Positions 40,876-50,355 of a stretch of DNA of 64,000 nucleotides are shown here, in pieces. Positions within the stretch are counted from its first letter, which is position 1. Each line of letters begins with the position of its first letter. This DNA comes from a virus. The position numbers and the translations under genes are program-made. The stretch spans positions 32,001 through 96,000 of the IMG/VR virus record IMGVR_UViG_3300037319_000172. One strand, given 5' to 3'. The notes below the pieces were generated by a model that was given only the letters and a program-made list of their open reading frames with translations, was not told the DNA's origin and did not search any database.

Positions 40876-43398
40876 TTAACTATGATTCTTAGTAGTAATA
40901 AATCCATTGACTACCTGTAAAACGTTATTAGAGTTATCTCTGAATTGACCGTTAAATCCAGTACCAGCACTAGTACTTCCATTAGGTCCTTTATATCCTT
41001 GAGGTCCTACTCCGTATCCTGAACCAGAAGATCCCTGTGGTCCAGTCGATGCTCCTCCTTTATATCCTTGATCTCCTTTTGGACCAGTAGATGCTACATT
41101 TCCATAGACTCCTTGAGGTCCTTTATATCCTTTTGGCCCTTTTGATCCTGAATTACCTTTAGCACCCTTATCACCTTGAGGTCCATTAGTACCTTGATTA
41201 CCTTTAGGTCCGCTTGTTCCTTGATGTCCCTGATAACCTTGCGTTCCTTGGGCTCCTTGGGCTCCGTAATAACCAGCGCTTCCTTGAGATCCTGTTCTAC
41301 CAATTCGTCCTTTATTACCTTGATCTCCTTGAACACCAGGACCGCCTGAAGATGCTTGTGTTCCCTTTGCACCTGTGTTCCCTTTTAATCCCCTGTGTCC
41401 TTTATCAATTCCTCCTTGATTAACTCCTTTAACTCCTTGATCTCCTTGAGCTCCTTGATATCCTGTTGGAGAAGTATTACCATCTGCACCAACTCCACCT
41501 TGAGCTCCTCGATCTCCTTGAACACCTCGTAGTCCATTAGAACCCTTAGCCCCTTCATCTCCTTTATTTCCTTTGAATCCTTGATATCCTTGAGGTCCTG
41601 TTAGACCTTTAGCTCCTTTAGAACCTTGAGTTCCTTGGAATCCTTTGGGCCCCTTTGATCCGGTACCTCCTTTAAGTCCTTTATCTCCTTTAAATCCTTG
41701 ATATCCTCTATCTCCGACTTCTCCTTTTACTCCGTCAGGTCCTTTAACTCCTGTAAGTCCTTTAAAACCTTGAGATCCTTGATTTCCTTGTGAACCAGGC
41801 TCTCCTTTAAGTCCTATAGGACCATCATACCCTTGATATCCTTGAGGTCCATCATCACCTGTATCTCCTTTACTTCCTTGAGTTCCTCGAAATCCTTCAT
41901 GTCCTTTACTTCCTTTAACATTCGATTCACCGGTAAACCCTTTAAATCCTAGATCTCCTTCATTTCCAATGACTCCTTGTACTCCCTCATCTCCTTTAAA
42001 TCCTTTATCTCCTTTAGATCCTTGATTACCCTGAGATCCTGTAGCTCCAATACGTCCTTTATCTCCGTCTAGTCCTTTATAACCTTGTGATCCTTCTGCA
42101 CCTTGATCTCCATCATATCCTTTTAGTCCTTTAAATCCTTGATCTCCTGTATTACCAGTAGAACCTTGATTTCCAGTTGCTCCTTTATATCCAGTGTTTC
42201 CTTGATCTCCCTTAACTCCTTTAACTCCTTGATCTCCAGCAGTTCCTTTTGATCCTTGATTTCCTTGATCTCCGTCTAGTCCTGTATTTCCTTTAGATCC
42301 TTGGTCTCCTTTATCTCCTTTTAAACCAGTATCTCCTTTATCTCCAGTTGCTCCCGTACTAGCGTTGAATCCTTTAAGACCTTGAGACCCTTTTGATCCT
42401 TTTGATCCTTGATTTCCATCAGATCCTTTAAATCCTAAATCACCGTTATCTCCTTGATCTCCAATATTACCTTGATTTCCTTTAGAACCTGTAGTACCTT
42501 GATTTCCTTGATTTCCTTTATTTCCTTGAGATCCTTGATTACCTTTATCTCCGATAACCCCTTGAAAACCTTTTAAACCATTAGAACCTTGAGGTCCTTG
42601 TGATCCATCAGTTCCTTGATATCCTGTATCACCTTTAAATCCTTTAAATCCAGATTCACCTGCTGCAGAAGGAGATGCTGTATCTCCAATATTACCTTTG
42701 AATCCTTGATCTCCCTTTGATCCTTGATTTCCTTGAATACCGATAACACCCTGAGATCCTTTATTACCTTGATCACCTTGAGTACCTTGAGTACCTGCAG
42801 ATCCTGTATATCCTTGAGTACCTTGATCTCCTTGATCTCCTTTTAATCCTTGATCTCCAGTTGCTTGTTTGTTTCCTTGAAAACCTCGAAGACCTTGATC
42901 TCCTTTAGTTCCTTGAGGTCCTTCATTACCTTGAAAACCTCGATCTCCTTGATCTCCAGTTCCTCCGCTAGATCCTGTATCTCCAGTATTTCCTTTAACT
43001 CCTTGATCTCCTTTAATACCAACTTCTCCTTGATTTCCGGTTTGGCCCTGAGTTCCTTGATCTCCAACTTCTCCTTGATCTCCTTTAATACCAACTTCTC
43101 CTTGGTTTCCTTTATCTCCAATATTACCTTGATTTCCAAAAAGACCTTGATCTCCTTGATTACCATTAGTTCCTTGTTGTCCTTGTACTCCTTTATCTCC
43201 GTCAAATCCTTGATCTCCTTTAGTTCCTTGATCACCATTATCTCCGATATCACCTAAAGCCCCTTGAGAACCTTGGCTTCCTAAGAAACCAGGTTCTCCC
43301 TGTGGTCCAACAAATTCGGGAAAATCAGTACTATTTAGGTTCCCACTATGTAACACTGTGTTACTATCAAGTGTAGTTCCTAATATAAATTTAGCCAT
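40876..43398 (-). CDS. Collagen-like fibre protein
   Basis: About 780 aa Gly-X-Y; N-terminus paralogous to the 37869 gene. Confidence 0.9.
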   Translation of the reverse strand: MAKFILGTTLDSNTVLHSGNLNSTDFPEFVGPQGEPGFLGSQGSQGALGDIGDNGDQGTKGDQGFDGDKGVQGQQGTNGNQGDQGLFGNQGNIGDKGNQGEVGIKGDQGEVGDQGTQGQTGNQGEVGIKGDQGVKGNTGDTGSSGGTGDQGDRGFQGNEGPQGTKGDQGLRGFQGNKQATGDQGLKGDQGDQGTQGYTGSAGTQGTQGDQGNKGSQGVIGIQGNQGSKGDQGFKGNIGDTASPSAAGESGFKGFKGDTGYQGTDGSQGPQGSNGLKGFQGVIGDKGNQGSQGNKGNQGNQGTTGSKGNQGNIGDQGDNGDLGFKGSDGNQGSKGSKGSQGLKGFNASTGATGDKGDTGLKGDKGDQGSKGNTGLDGDQGNQGSKGTAGDQGVKGVKGDQGNTGYKGATGNQGSTGNTGDQGFKGLKGYDGDQGAEGSQGYKGLDGDKGRIGATGSQGNQGSKGDKGFKGDEGVQGVIGNEGDLGFKGFTGESNVKGSKGHEGFRGTQGSKGDTGDDGPQGYQGYDGPIGLKGEPGSQGNQGSQGFKGLTGVKGPDGVKGEVGDRGYQGFKGDKGLKGGTGSKGPKGFQGTQGSKGAKGLTGPQGYQGFKGNKGDEGAKGSNGLRGVQGDRGAQGGVGADGNTSPTGYQGAQGDQGVKGVNQGGIDKGHRGLKGNTGAKGTQASSGGPGVQGDQGNKGRIGRTGSQGSAGYYGAQGAQGTQGYQGHQGTSGPKGNQGTNGPQGDKGAKGNSGSKGPKGYKGPQGVYGNVASTGPKGDQGYKGGASTGPQGSSGSGYGVGPQGYKGPNGSTSAGTGFNGQFRDNSNNVLQVVNGFITTKNHS

Positions 43399-43450
43399 AA
43401 TTGTTTATTTTATTTTTATATGTTATGTTATATATTTTAAATATATGTGT

Positions 43451-46204
43451 CTATTTAAACATTCCTCCAGATATTCTATCAGATGAAGAACTGTCTGAAT
43501 TAACCGAACCTTGATATCCTCCTGTTCCATGATTTCCTTGATAACCTCTAGGTCCTCCAGTTCCATTACTTCCTTGAGCTCCTTTTAATCCTTGAGCTCC
43601 TTGCGTTCCATTAGGTCCTTTATATCCTACAGCACCTTGAGGTCCTCTTCCTCTATGAGCACCTGTCGTACCTTTATCACCGTTATCTCCCTGTGATCCG
43701 GCAGTACCAGCGGTTCCTGTAAATCCTTTTACTAAAGCTCCGACATGTCCTTTAGATCCTTGAGGTCCTGTAGCTCCTTTTAATCCTTTTCTCCCGGTAT
43801 ATCCTGTTAAAGTACTATTAGTTCCTTTAACTCCTTGGTTACCTTGAGTTCCTTGATTTCCAGTTGCTCCTTGAAATCCACGTTGTCCTTGAACTCCTTT
43901 TGTATTTATGTCTCCTTGAGGTCCTCTATCACCTTGATATCCTTGATCTCCTTTATGTATACTCAAAGGATTTGGACCTGTATTTCCAGTTTGGCCCTGC
44001 ATTCCTCTAAATCCTTGAGCTCCTTGAGATCCGTTAGGTGAAACAGTTCCCTGAGATCCTCTAAATCCTATATCTCCTTTGTATCCTTTATCTCCTTTAC
44101 CTCCAACAGTTCCTTGATCTCCTTGATCTCCTCTTTGTCCTTTTAATCCATCAGGACCAGAAGCTCCTACAGTACCTTGGTGTCCTCTATATCCGTCAAA
44201 ACCTTTATCTCCACCTCCACCTGTTGCACCTGTTGCGCCTTTATCTCCTGTTGGTCCTTTATAACCATTAGTTCCTTTATCTCCGACAGGGCCTGCAGTA
44301 CCTTGAGATCCTTGAGATCCGACAAAACCTATAAATCCTTTATCTCCTCTAGCTCCTTGATCTCCAGTTGGTCCTTGAATAGTGCCAATAATTCCTTTGA
44401 ATCCTTGATCTCCTTTAGTTCCAGTATTACCTTGGAATCCTCTGTATCCCGCATCTCCTTTAGTTCCTATGTCTCCTTGAGTACCTACAGTACCTTGAGA
44501 TCCTTGAGATCCTCTAGATCCTTTAGAACCTTGATCTCCTCGATCTCCTGAAGTACCTTGATCTCCTTGAGTTCCTTGTAGTCCTTTAAATCCTGTTGGT
44601 CCAGCAATACCGGTAGTTCCGGTAGTTCCAATATTTCCTGTTAATCCTTTGTCTCCTTGAAATCCTCTATCACCTACAGTTCCTTGATCTCCTTGAGTTC
44701 CTTTTCTATTAGTTAATGTAGTTGCATTTACTCCTTGATTACCTCTGGGTCCAGTATCTCCATTAGGTCCTACAAGACCTTTATCTCCTTTATCTCCTTG
44801 AAATCCTCTTGCTCCAGTATTTCCTTGAGATCCTCTATATCCTGATCCTGTTGATGATGTTGATTGATTAATTCCTTGATTACCTTGAACTCCAGTTGCT
44901 CCTTTGTCTCCAGTTGCTCCTTTATTTCCTTTGTCTCCTTGAACTCCTCTAACACTATCATTACCATCAGATCCCTTATCTCCTTTATCTCCTTGAGATC
45001 CTTTATCACCCTGAACTCCCAATGATCCTTGAGTTCCTTGAGTTCCAATAAGACCATCAGATCCTTTATCACCCTGAGCTCCTGTTACACCGATAAATCC
45101 GTCATCACCTTTAGTTCCTTTAAATCCTTGATCTCCAATAGATCCATTAACTCCTTGAGAACCAATTTCTCCTTTATCTCCTTGAAATCCATTGTCTCCT
45201 TTAAGACCTTCTAATCCTTGATCTCCTTTAGTTCCTTGTTGTCCAATGTTTCCTGTTGTTCCAATAGTATCATCTTGTCCTTTAGTACCTGTCGATCCTT
45301 TGTCTCCAACGAATCCTTGATCTCCAATAGAACCAGTTACTCCTTCTTCACCTTGATCTCCTTTACGTCCTCTAAATCCTTCAAATCCTTGATTACCTTT
45401 AGTACCGACTCTACCTTGAAAACCAGGTTCACCATCAATACCTTGAGGTCCTCTATCACTATCTAGTCCTTTATGTCCTTGATCTCCTCTATCACCTTGA
45501 TCTCCTTGATCTCCTATAGTACCATCAAATCCTTTACTACCAACTCCTCCACCGGATCCAGAACCTCCTTGTGCTCCTGTATCTCCAATAGCACCTTGAT
45601 CTCCTTGATTTCCTTGGTCTCCTATTGGACCTGCAATACCTTCAGCGCCATTCTCTCCTTTAACACCTTGATCTCCTTTAATTCCTTGATCTCCTTTTTC
45701 TCCGATATTTCCAGTTTCACCTTGATGTCCTCTAGTTCCTTGATCTCCAATAGGACCTATAGATCCTTGAAAACCAGGATCTCCTTTTAATCCTATAAAT
45801 CCAGGTTCACCTTGATCTCCGTCATGTCCTACAACTCCTTCATTTCCTTTATCTCCTTCAAAACCTTTATCACCAGTAGGTCCTTGAACTCCTTTATCTC
45901 CTTTTAAAGAAGGAAAGTTATTAGGTTCAAAGTTATTTGGTGTTAGTATTTGGTTATTATTAATTGTCGAATCCGACTTTAATATACCAATACCGTCAAA
46001 CGTACTGTTAGATATAATAGCGTTGTCGCTTTTTCTAAAAGATAATACGTCTCCAGAAGGAAACGTATTTAGCTCTTGAAAATAAGATGGTGTATGAACA
46101 ATATTAGTACCTTTATCGATACCAGATCTTCCAGACGTTTCGTCTAGATTAGCTTGGAATTCACCAGTAGTTTGTACCAGTTTTATCGCTATGTTATTTG
46201 CCAT
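43451..46204 (-). CDS. Collagen-like fibre protein
   Basis: About 800 aa Gly-X-Y after a 100-aa N-domain. Confidence 0.9.
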   Translation of the reverse strand: MANNIAIKLVQTTGEFQANLDETSGRSGIDKGTNIVHTPSYFQELNTFPSGDVLSFRKSDNAIISNSTFDGIGILKSDSTINNNQILTPNNFEPNNFPSLKGDKGVQGPTGDKGFEGDKGNEGVVGHDGDQGEPGFIGLKGDPGFQGSIGPIGDQGTRGHQGETGNIGEKGDQGIKGDQGVKGENGAEGIAGPIGDQGNQGDQGAIGDTGAQGGSGSGGGVGSKGFDGTIGDQGDQGDRGDQGHKGLDSDRGPQGIDGEPGFQGRVGTKGNQGFEGFRGRKGDQGEEGVTGSIGDQGFVGDKGSTGTKGQDDTIGTTGNIGQQGTKGDQGLEGLKGDNGFQGDKGEIGSQGVNGSIGDQGFKGTKGDDGFIGVTGAQGDKGSDGLIGTQGTQGSLGVQGDKGSQGDKGDKGSDGNDSVRGVQGDKGNKGATGDKGATGVQGNQGINQSTSSTGSGYRGSQGNTGARGFQGDKGDKGLVGPNGDTGPRGNQGVNATTLTNRKGTQGDQGTVGDRGFQGDKGLTGNIGTTGTTGIAGPTGFKGLQGTQGDQGTSGDRGDQGSKGSRGSQGSQGTVGTQGDIGTKGDAGYRGFQGNTGTKGDQGFKGIIGTIQGPTGDQGARGDKGFIGFVGSQGSQGTAGPVGDKGTNGYKGPTGDKGATGATGGGGDKGFDGYRGHQGTVGASGPDGLKGQRGDQGDQGTVGGKGDKGYKGDIGFRGSQGTVSPNGSQGAQGFRGMQGQTGNTGPNPLSIHKGDQGYQGDRGPQGDINTKGVQGQRGFQGATGNQGTQGNQGVKGTNSTLTGYTGRKGLKGATGPQGSKGHVGALVKGFTGTAGTAGSQGDNGDKGTTGAHRGRGPQGAVGYKGPNGTQGAQGLKGAQGSNGTGGPRGYQGNHGTGGYQGSVNSDSSSSDRISGGMFK

Positions 46205-46238
46205 ATCTTTATTTAGTTATTTTTATTATTTATCAGTT

Positions 46239-46781
46239 TTATATAAACGTAAAGTTTACATCTCCATTAGAGCTTCTATCTATTTTGAAATCGACAACAC
46301 CATTAGTATCTTCGAATTCAATAGATTTACCATCTGCTATTGTTACTGACTCTCCATCAAATTCTCCTGTATCTCCTTTAGTTCCTTTTTCACCTTGGAA
46401 ACCTTGATCTCCTTTAAAACCTTGATCTCCTTTAGTTCCAACTTCTCCTTGGAATCCTTGATCTCCTTGATCTCCTTGAAAACCTTGATCTCCTTTAGTT
46501 CCTTTTTCACCTTGATCTCCTTGATCTCCTTTAGTTCCTTTTTCACCTTGATCTCCTTGAAAACCTTGATCTCCTTTAATTCCTTTTTCACCTTGAAAAC
46601 CTTGAAAACCTTGATCTCCAACTTCTCCTTGGAATCCTTGGTCTCCTGTTTCACCTTTTAATCCTTGGTCTCCTTTAGTTCCTTTTTCACCTTGAAAACC
46701 TTGATCTCCAGTATTACCTTGATGTCCTGCCCCTTGGTCTCCTTGAGGACCTGCGGTAGAAATATATGCTGAATATGCCAT
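46239..46781 (-). CDS. Short collagen-like protein
   Basis: GDQGFQ/GEKGTK tandem units that are near-perfect at DNA level. Confidence 0.85.
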   Translation of the reverse strand: MAYSAYISTAGPQGDQGAGHQGNTGDQGFQGEKGTKGDQGLKGETGDQGFQGEVGDQGFQGFQGEKGIKGDQGFQGDQGEKGTKGDQGDQGEKGTKGDQGFQGDQGDQGFQGEVGTKGDQGFKGDQGFQGEKGTKGDTGEFDGESVTIADGKSIEFEDTNGVVDFKIDRSSNGDVNFTFI

Positions 46782-46809
46782 AGTTTGATTTATCTTATTT
46801 ATTTTTTAT

Positions 46810-47574
46810 TTAGTCTAATGAGTTTCTTTCGTATACTATATCAAAAACGTCTCCGCCTCCGATTTCATATCCTGCGTTATCTGAGTTCCAAAACATTGTG
46901 TCTCCTGCTGCTAAATCTGCAACTGACTTAGAAGTAGTTCCTCCGTCTGCTGAGAAATATACATCTCCTGTTTTATCTCCGTAAGTTTCTGTAATTGCTA
47001 CACCGTTAATATAAACCTGCACAGTTGAATCTGCAAAAGGAGTAAAATCTAAAGTAATACCAGTAGATGACCCATCACCATTTGATTCTAAAGGCGTTAA
47101 GTCTGCTTGTGTGTGTTCTACACCTTGAGATATTGCAACTGCACCTAAACTAGGTCTCCATGGCAATACTTGCGCTTGTTTGTTTGTAATCGCTTGTAAT
47201 ATAGGATTACTATAAGGAAATGTAGGATTAGATGCATTAACAAATTCTGTTATAGAACCTGTATTTGTATCATCAACTACGTAAAAAGTACCTGGAGTTA
47301 ATTCCCATGAACTAATTGTAATGTTACCAATCTGTACTGCTACAAATTCTGAAGAACTTGTTGCTTCTTCAACAACTAATCTACCTAACTTATCGGCAGT
47401 CTTAGAATCTGCTAGAACCCAAGTTCCGTTAAAAAAACCTATAACATTCCCAGGAACAAAACCATGAGAAGCTTGTGTATAGCTTGATTTCAAAGACCCT
47501 GAAAGCGTCTGAAGGTCTAATGAATTTAGCTTAGCCTGTAGTCCCTCTATTTGCTTAATTTTTAATTGTGACAT
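46810..47574 (-). CDS. Virion structural/fibre-associated protein
   Basis: QASHGF.PG...WVLADS motif; C-terminal domain paralogous to the 51881 gene. Confidence 0.6.
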   Translation of the reverse strand: MSQLKIKQIEGLQAKLNSLDLQTLSGSLKSSYTQASHGFVPGNVIGFFNGTWVLADSKTADKLGRLVVEEATSSSEFVAVQIGNITISSWELTPGTFYVVDDTNTGSITEFVNASNPTFPYSNPILQAITNKQAQVLPWRPSLGAVAISQGVEHTQADLTPLESNGDGSSTGITLDFTPFADSTVQVYINGVAITETYGDKTGDVYFSADGGTTSKSVADLAAGDTMFWNSDNAGYEIGGGDVFDIVYERNSLD

Positions 47575-47698
47575 ATATTTTTCTTTTTTTTATAATTTAT
47601 TTGACGAAAAAGCGTGTCTACTCTTTCAATACTGATTTTATATATCTGGTTTAGTAGTGTTCATTAGTTTAATAGGGCCATAATATTGTAATATAATA

Positions 47699-48289
47699 AT
47701 GATACATACTTTAATGAATAACAATACTAAGAAAATAGTAAGAGATTACATATACTTTACTGAAACATTAGATGATGTTAAATCAACTTCTCAAGCTGCC
47801 GAGGGTCAATTCCGTAGTGCGATGAGTAAACACAATGAACCTGCACTTGAAGCACTATCACCTCCTAAGGGTACTCCTCCTATTAGTAAAATAGAGGATG
47901 AAGAGCATGTTAAATTCGAAGATAAAAACTTTAAAAAGCTTTTTAGAAAATTAGTAGTTAAATGCCATCCAGATAAATTAGATGATTCCTATTCTGAAAC
48001 AGAAGGAATGTTCTTAAAAGAATGTTATGAAAATTTAACTAAAAGTAATCAAACATATGATTGGGGAATGCTATTAAGAGTGTCAATTGATTTAAAAGTG
48101 GATGTACCTGATTTAAGCGATGAAAACTTAAAAAACATTATCGATAACATAGAATCTATTAAGAATAACATTAGTAAATTTGAAGGATCCATGGCATATA
48201 AATGGTATACCCTTCCTGATGAAAATGAAAAGAAAGGGTATTTAGAAAATTGTGCTAAAATATTTATGTTTAGTTTAAGTAAGCGTTAA
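47699..48289 (+). CDS. J-domain protein (class C)
   Basis: FKKLFRKLVVKCHPDKL (HPD motif). Confidence 0.75.
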   Translation: MIHTLMNNNTKKIVRDYIYFTETLDDVKSTSQAAEGQFRSAMSKHNEPALEALSPPKGTPPISKIEDEEHVKFEDKNFKKLFRKLVVKCHPDKLDDSYSETEGMFLKECYENLTKSNQTYDWGMLLRVSIDLKVDVPDLSDENLKNIIDNIESIKNNISKFEGSMAYKWYTLPDENEKKGYLENCAKIFMFSLSKR

Positions 48290-49065
48290 ACATCCCATAC
48301 TCCATTCATATGACATCTAACATATGTCGGTTGAGAATATAGTGCGCCGTTCTTATATCTACCTTGTACTTCCTTTATAAAGAAAATATCTTCAGAAATA
48401 CTACTAGAAATAACGTCCTGCCATTTGTTTGATATATTACTGACATGCATGAATAACCACGGAGCCATTATCTGTCTACCTTTTGCAAATTGCATTGGTT
48501 TCCAAGTTTCTGGTAATCCTGCAAGTTCTACACTTTCAATAGTATTAGGATCTATTATACCAGTTAAATTCTTTTCTGTTCCAGTAACTCGGCTGTTATC
48601 ATACCAAGATCCATTAATCCACCATGTCTTTTCAGGTTCTGCGTTATATTCTAATAATGCTGACATAGTATGATTAGGCATTATGTAATCGTCTGAATCC
48701 ATATAAGTTATAAGAGATCCGGTTGATGCTGCTATTCCAAGTTGCCTAGCTGCTCCTCTATAGTAGGTTCCTTCTTCCATTTCTTCATACATTTTTGGAG
48801 TATTAGATCTGTCATAATATACAAATTTAATATTAGCATTTTCTTTATGAGATCTATTATATAGCTGGTGCGTCTTGTTACATCCGTCTGCTACTATAAT
48901 CAATTCACAATTTTTATAAATTTGGTTGTTAAAACTTTCAACTGCCCTATGAAATTTATTAATAGAATCTTCTCTTGCTCCTGGATATTTTTCCAGATTA
49001 ACTTGCATTATTATTGATATTTTAACTTTATCTAAAGCTTCGTATATTTCTTTAAAATCGTTCAT
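48286..49065 (-). CDS. GT2-family glycosyltransferase
   Basis: ISIIM...ELIIVADGC...R..G......ITYMDSDD...SED..F. Confidence 0.88.
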   Translation of the reverse strand: MNDFKEIYEALDKVKISIIMQVNLEKYPGAREDSINKFHRAVESFNNQIYKNCELIIVADGCNKTHQLYNRSHKENANIKFVYYDRSNTPKMYEEMEEGTYYRGAARQLGIAASTGSLITYMDSDDYIMPNHTMSALLEYNAEPEKTWWINGSWYDNSRVTGTEKNLTGIIDPNTIESVELAGLPETWKPMQFAKGRQIMAPWLFMHVSNISNKWQDVISSSISEDIFFIKEVQGRYKNGALYSQPTYVRCHMNGVWDV

Positions 49066-50261
49066 TATTTATATAAGTTTGTTTTCCAATTATATTCGTA
49101 TGACAACTCATGTTTATTTGGATTAAATAAGTTGTCTATAAGTTTTTTATATGTATCAACCAATTCAGGGTTAGTTGACGTATATCTATTTAGTATTGGT
49201 TTGTTTTTTTCAATGTATTCTTCAATGTTTTTATCATGATCCTGCAATGCAATTTTAAGTTGCTCAGCGCCTTTTGTTATATTAAATCCTTCATAATAAT
49301 ATCCTCCATCCTTAATCATGTCTGCATTATGAACAAGTGGGTACCCGTAGTACATTGCGTCTAAATATGCATAGTTTAATGGGTTTTCCCATTGGTGTGA
49401 AATGACAATATCGGTTTCACTTGAAAGGAACGTTGAAATAGGATATCTACCTACAAATTTTATTTTATTATCGCTTGAATTAACTATATCGAAATGCTTA
49501 ATCATATCAAGATAGTATTTATTTGTAATAAGCTTTTTACCTGAACCTATAAATATTTGCTTGAATGAAGCTTCACCTAAATCTCTAAATATCTTTTCAG
49601 CAATCATGATTGGTATTAATGAATATTTTACAACATTCAAATTAGGTTCCATTACTGATAGCTTCTTTTTATGCTGAGCCTTTGGTGTATACTTAGGAGT
49701 TTTCTTTCCGGCTTTTGTTAGTAATTTATCAAAATCATCTAAAGGTTCTGGATCCCAAACAAAAGGAACGATATGTACTTGTGAATCGTTCTGTCTATAT
49801 ATAGTCTTATAATATTCTAAGTTCTGATATTCTTGTTGAGGTATAATCCAAGTTGCGTCATGTCCGCTATCCCATGAAGGCTTCTCTCCTTCACTTGCTT
49901 TATCAAATAATACTCTTTCCATATCTACAACATAACTATTGCCGCATTGATATTTTACTATTTTTATATTTGGATTAGATTCTTTAATCTTTTTTATTCT
50001 ACTAGTAGGCAATGAAGATCCTATCATGAATAACAAATCTAATTTGTTTTCCATGTCTATAAATTTAGCTATTTTATATTTACTATAATCCCAATTTACT
50101 TTGGTTAAATCATCAACTGCAGTCCCAGTGTCTAATATGTAAACATCTAGCCCTTCGATCTGGCCTAGCATTTTTGATAAATTCAAAGCATTTAGTTTAA
50201 TACCATTGATCCACATGCTTTCGTATTCGGTATTTAGCGATATTGATATTCCTACTTTCAT
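49065..50261 (-). CDS. DUF2827-like putative glycosyltransferase (GT-B-like)
   Basis: MKVGIS...W.NGI..N, EPNLNVVK, SHQWENPLNY.YLDA...YPLVHN. Confidence 0.8.
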   Translation of the reverse strand: MKVGISISLNTEYESMWINGIKLNALNLSKMLGQIEGLDVYILDTGTAVDDLTKVNWDYSKYKIAKFIDMENKLDLLFMIGSSLPTSRIKKIKESNPNIKIVKYQCGNSYVVDMERVLFDKASEGEKPSWDSGHDATWIIPQQEYQNLEYYKTIYRQNDSQVHIVPFVWDPEPLDDFDKLLTKAGKKTPKYTPKAQHKKKLSVMEPNLNVVKYSLIPIMIAEKIFRDLGEASFKQIFIGSGKKLITNKYYLDMIKHFDIVNSSDNKIKFVGRYPISTFLSSETDIVISHQWENPLNYAYLDAMYYGYPLVHNADMIKDGGYYYEGFNITKGAEQLKIALQDHDKNIEEYIEKNKPILNRYTSTNPELVDTYKKLIDNLFNPNKHELSYEYNWKTNLYK

Positions 50262-50290
50262 AAACAGTTATTGTATTTATTTATATATTT

Positions 50291-50318
50291 AAAAAAGAAA
50301 GGGTCCCGAAGGACCCTT
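50291..50318 (-). terminator. Intrinsic terminator with cUUCGg tetraloop
   Basis: rc AAGGGTCCTTCGGGACCCTTTCTTTTTT. Confidence 0.9.
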
Positions 50319-50355
50319 AAATTAAAACTATGAATTAAATACTTTCGTATTTTTC

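Noticed and set aside
38173-46661. Many alternative-frame and antisense ORFs (KEIKELKE..., SLISFSS...) over the collagen genes
   Set aside because: Shadows of the 9-nt Gly-X-Y codon periodicity; low complexity, with no promoter or start context.
37869-46781. Periodic CCTTGATCTCC repeats resembling a CRISPR array or satellite
   Set aside because: They are reverse-complement Gly-Asp-Gln-Gly codons in open frames; no repeat-spacer structure and no cas genes.
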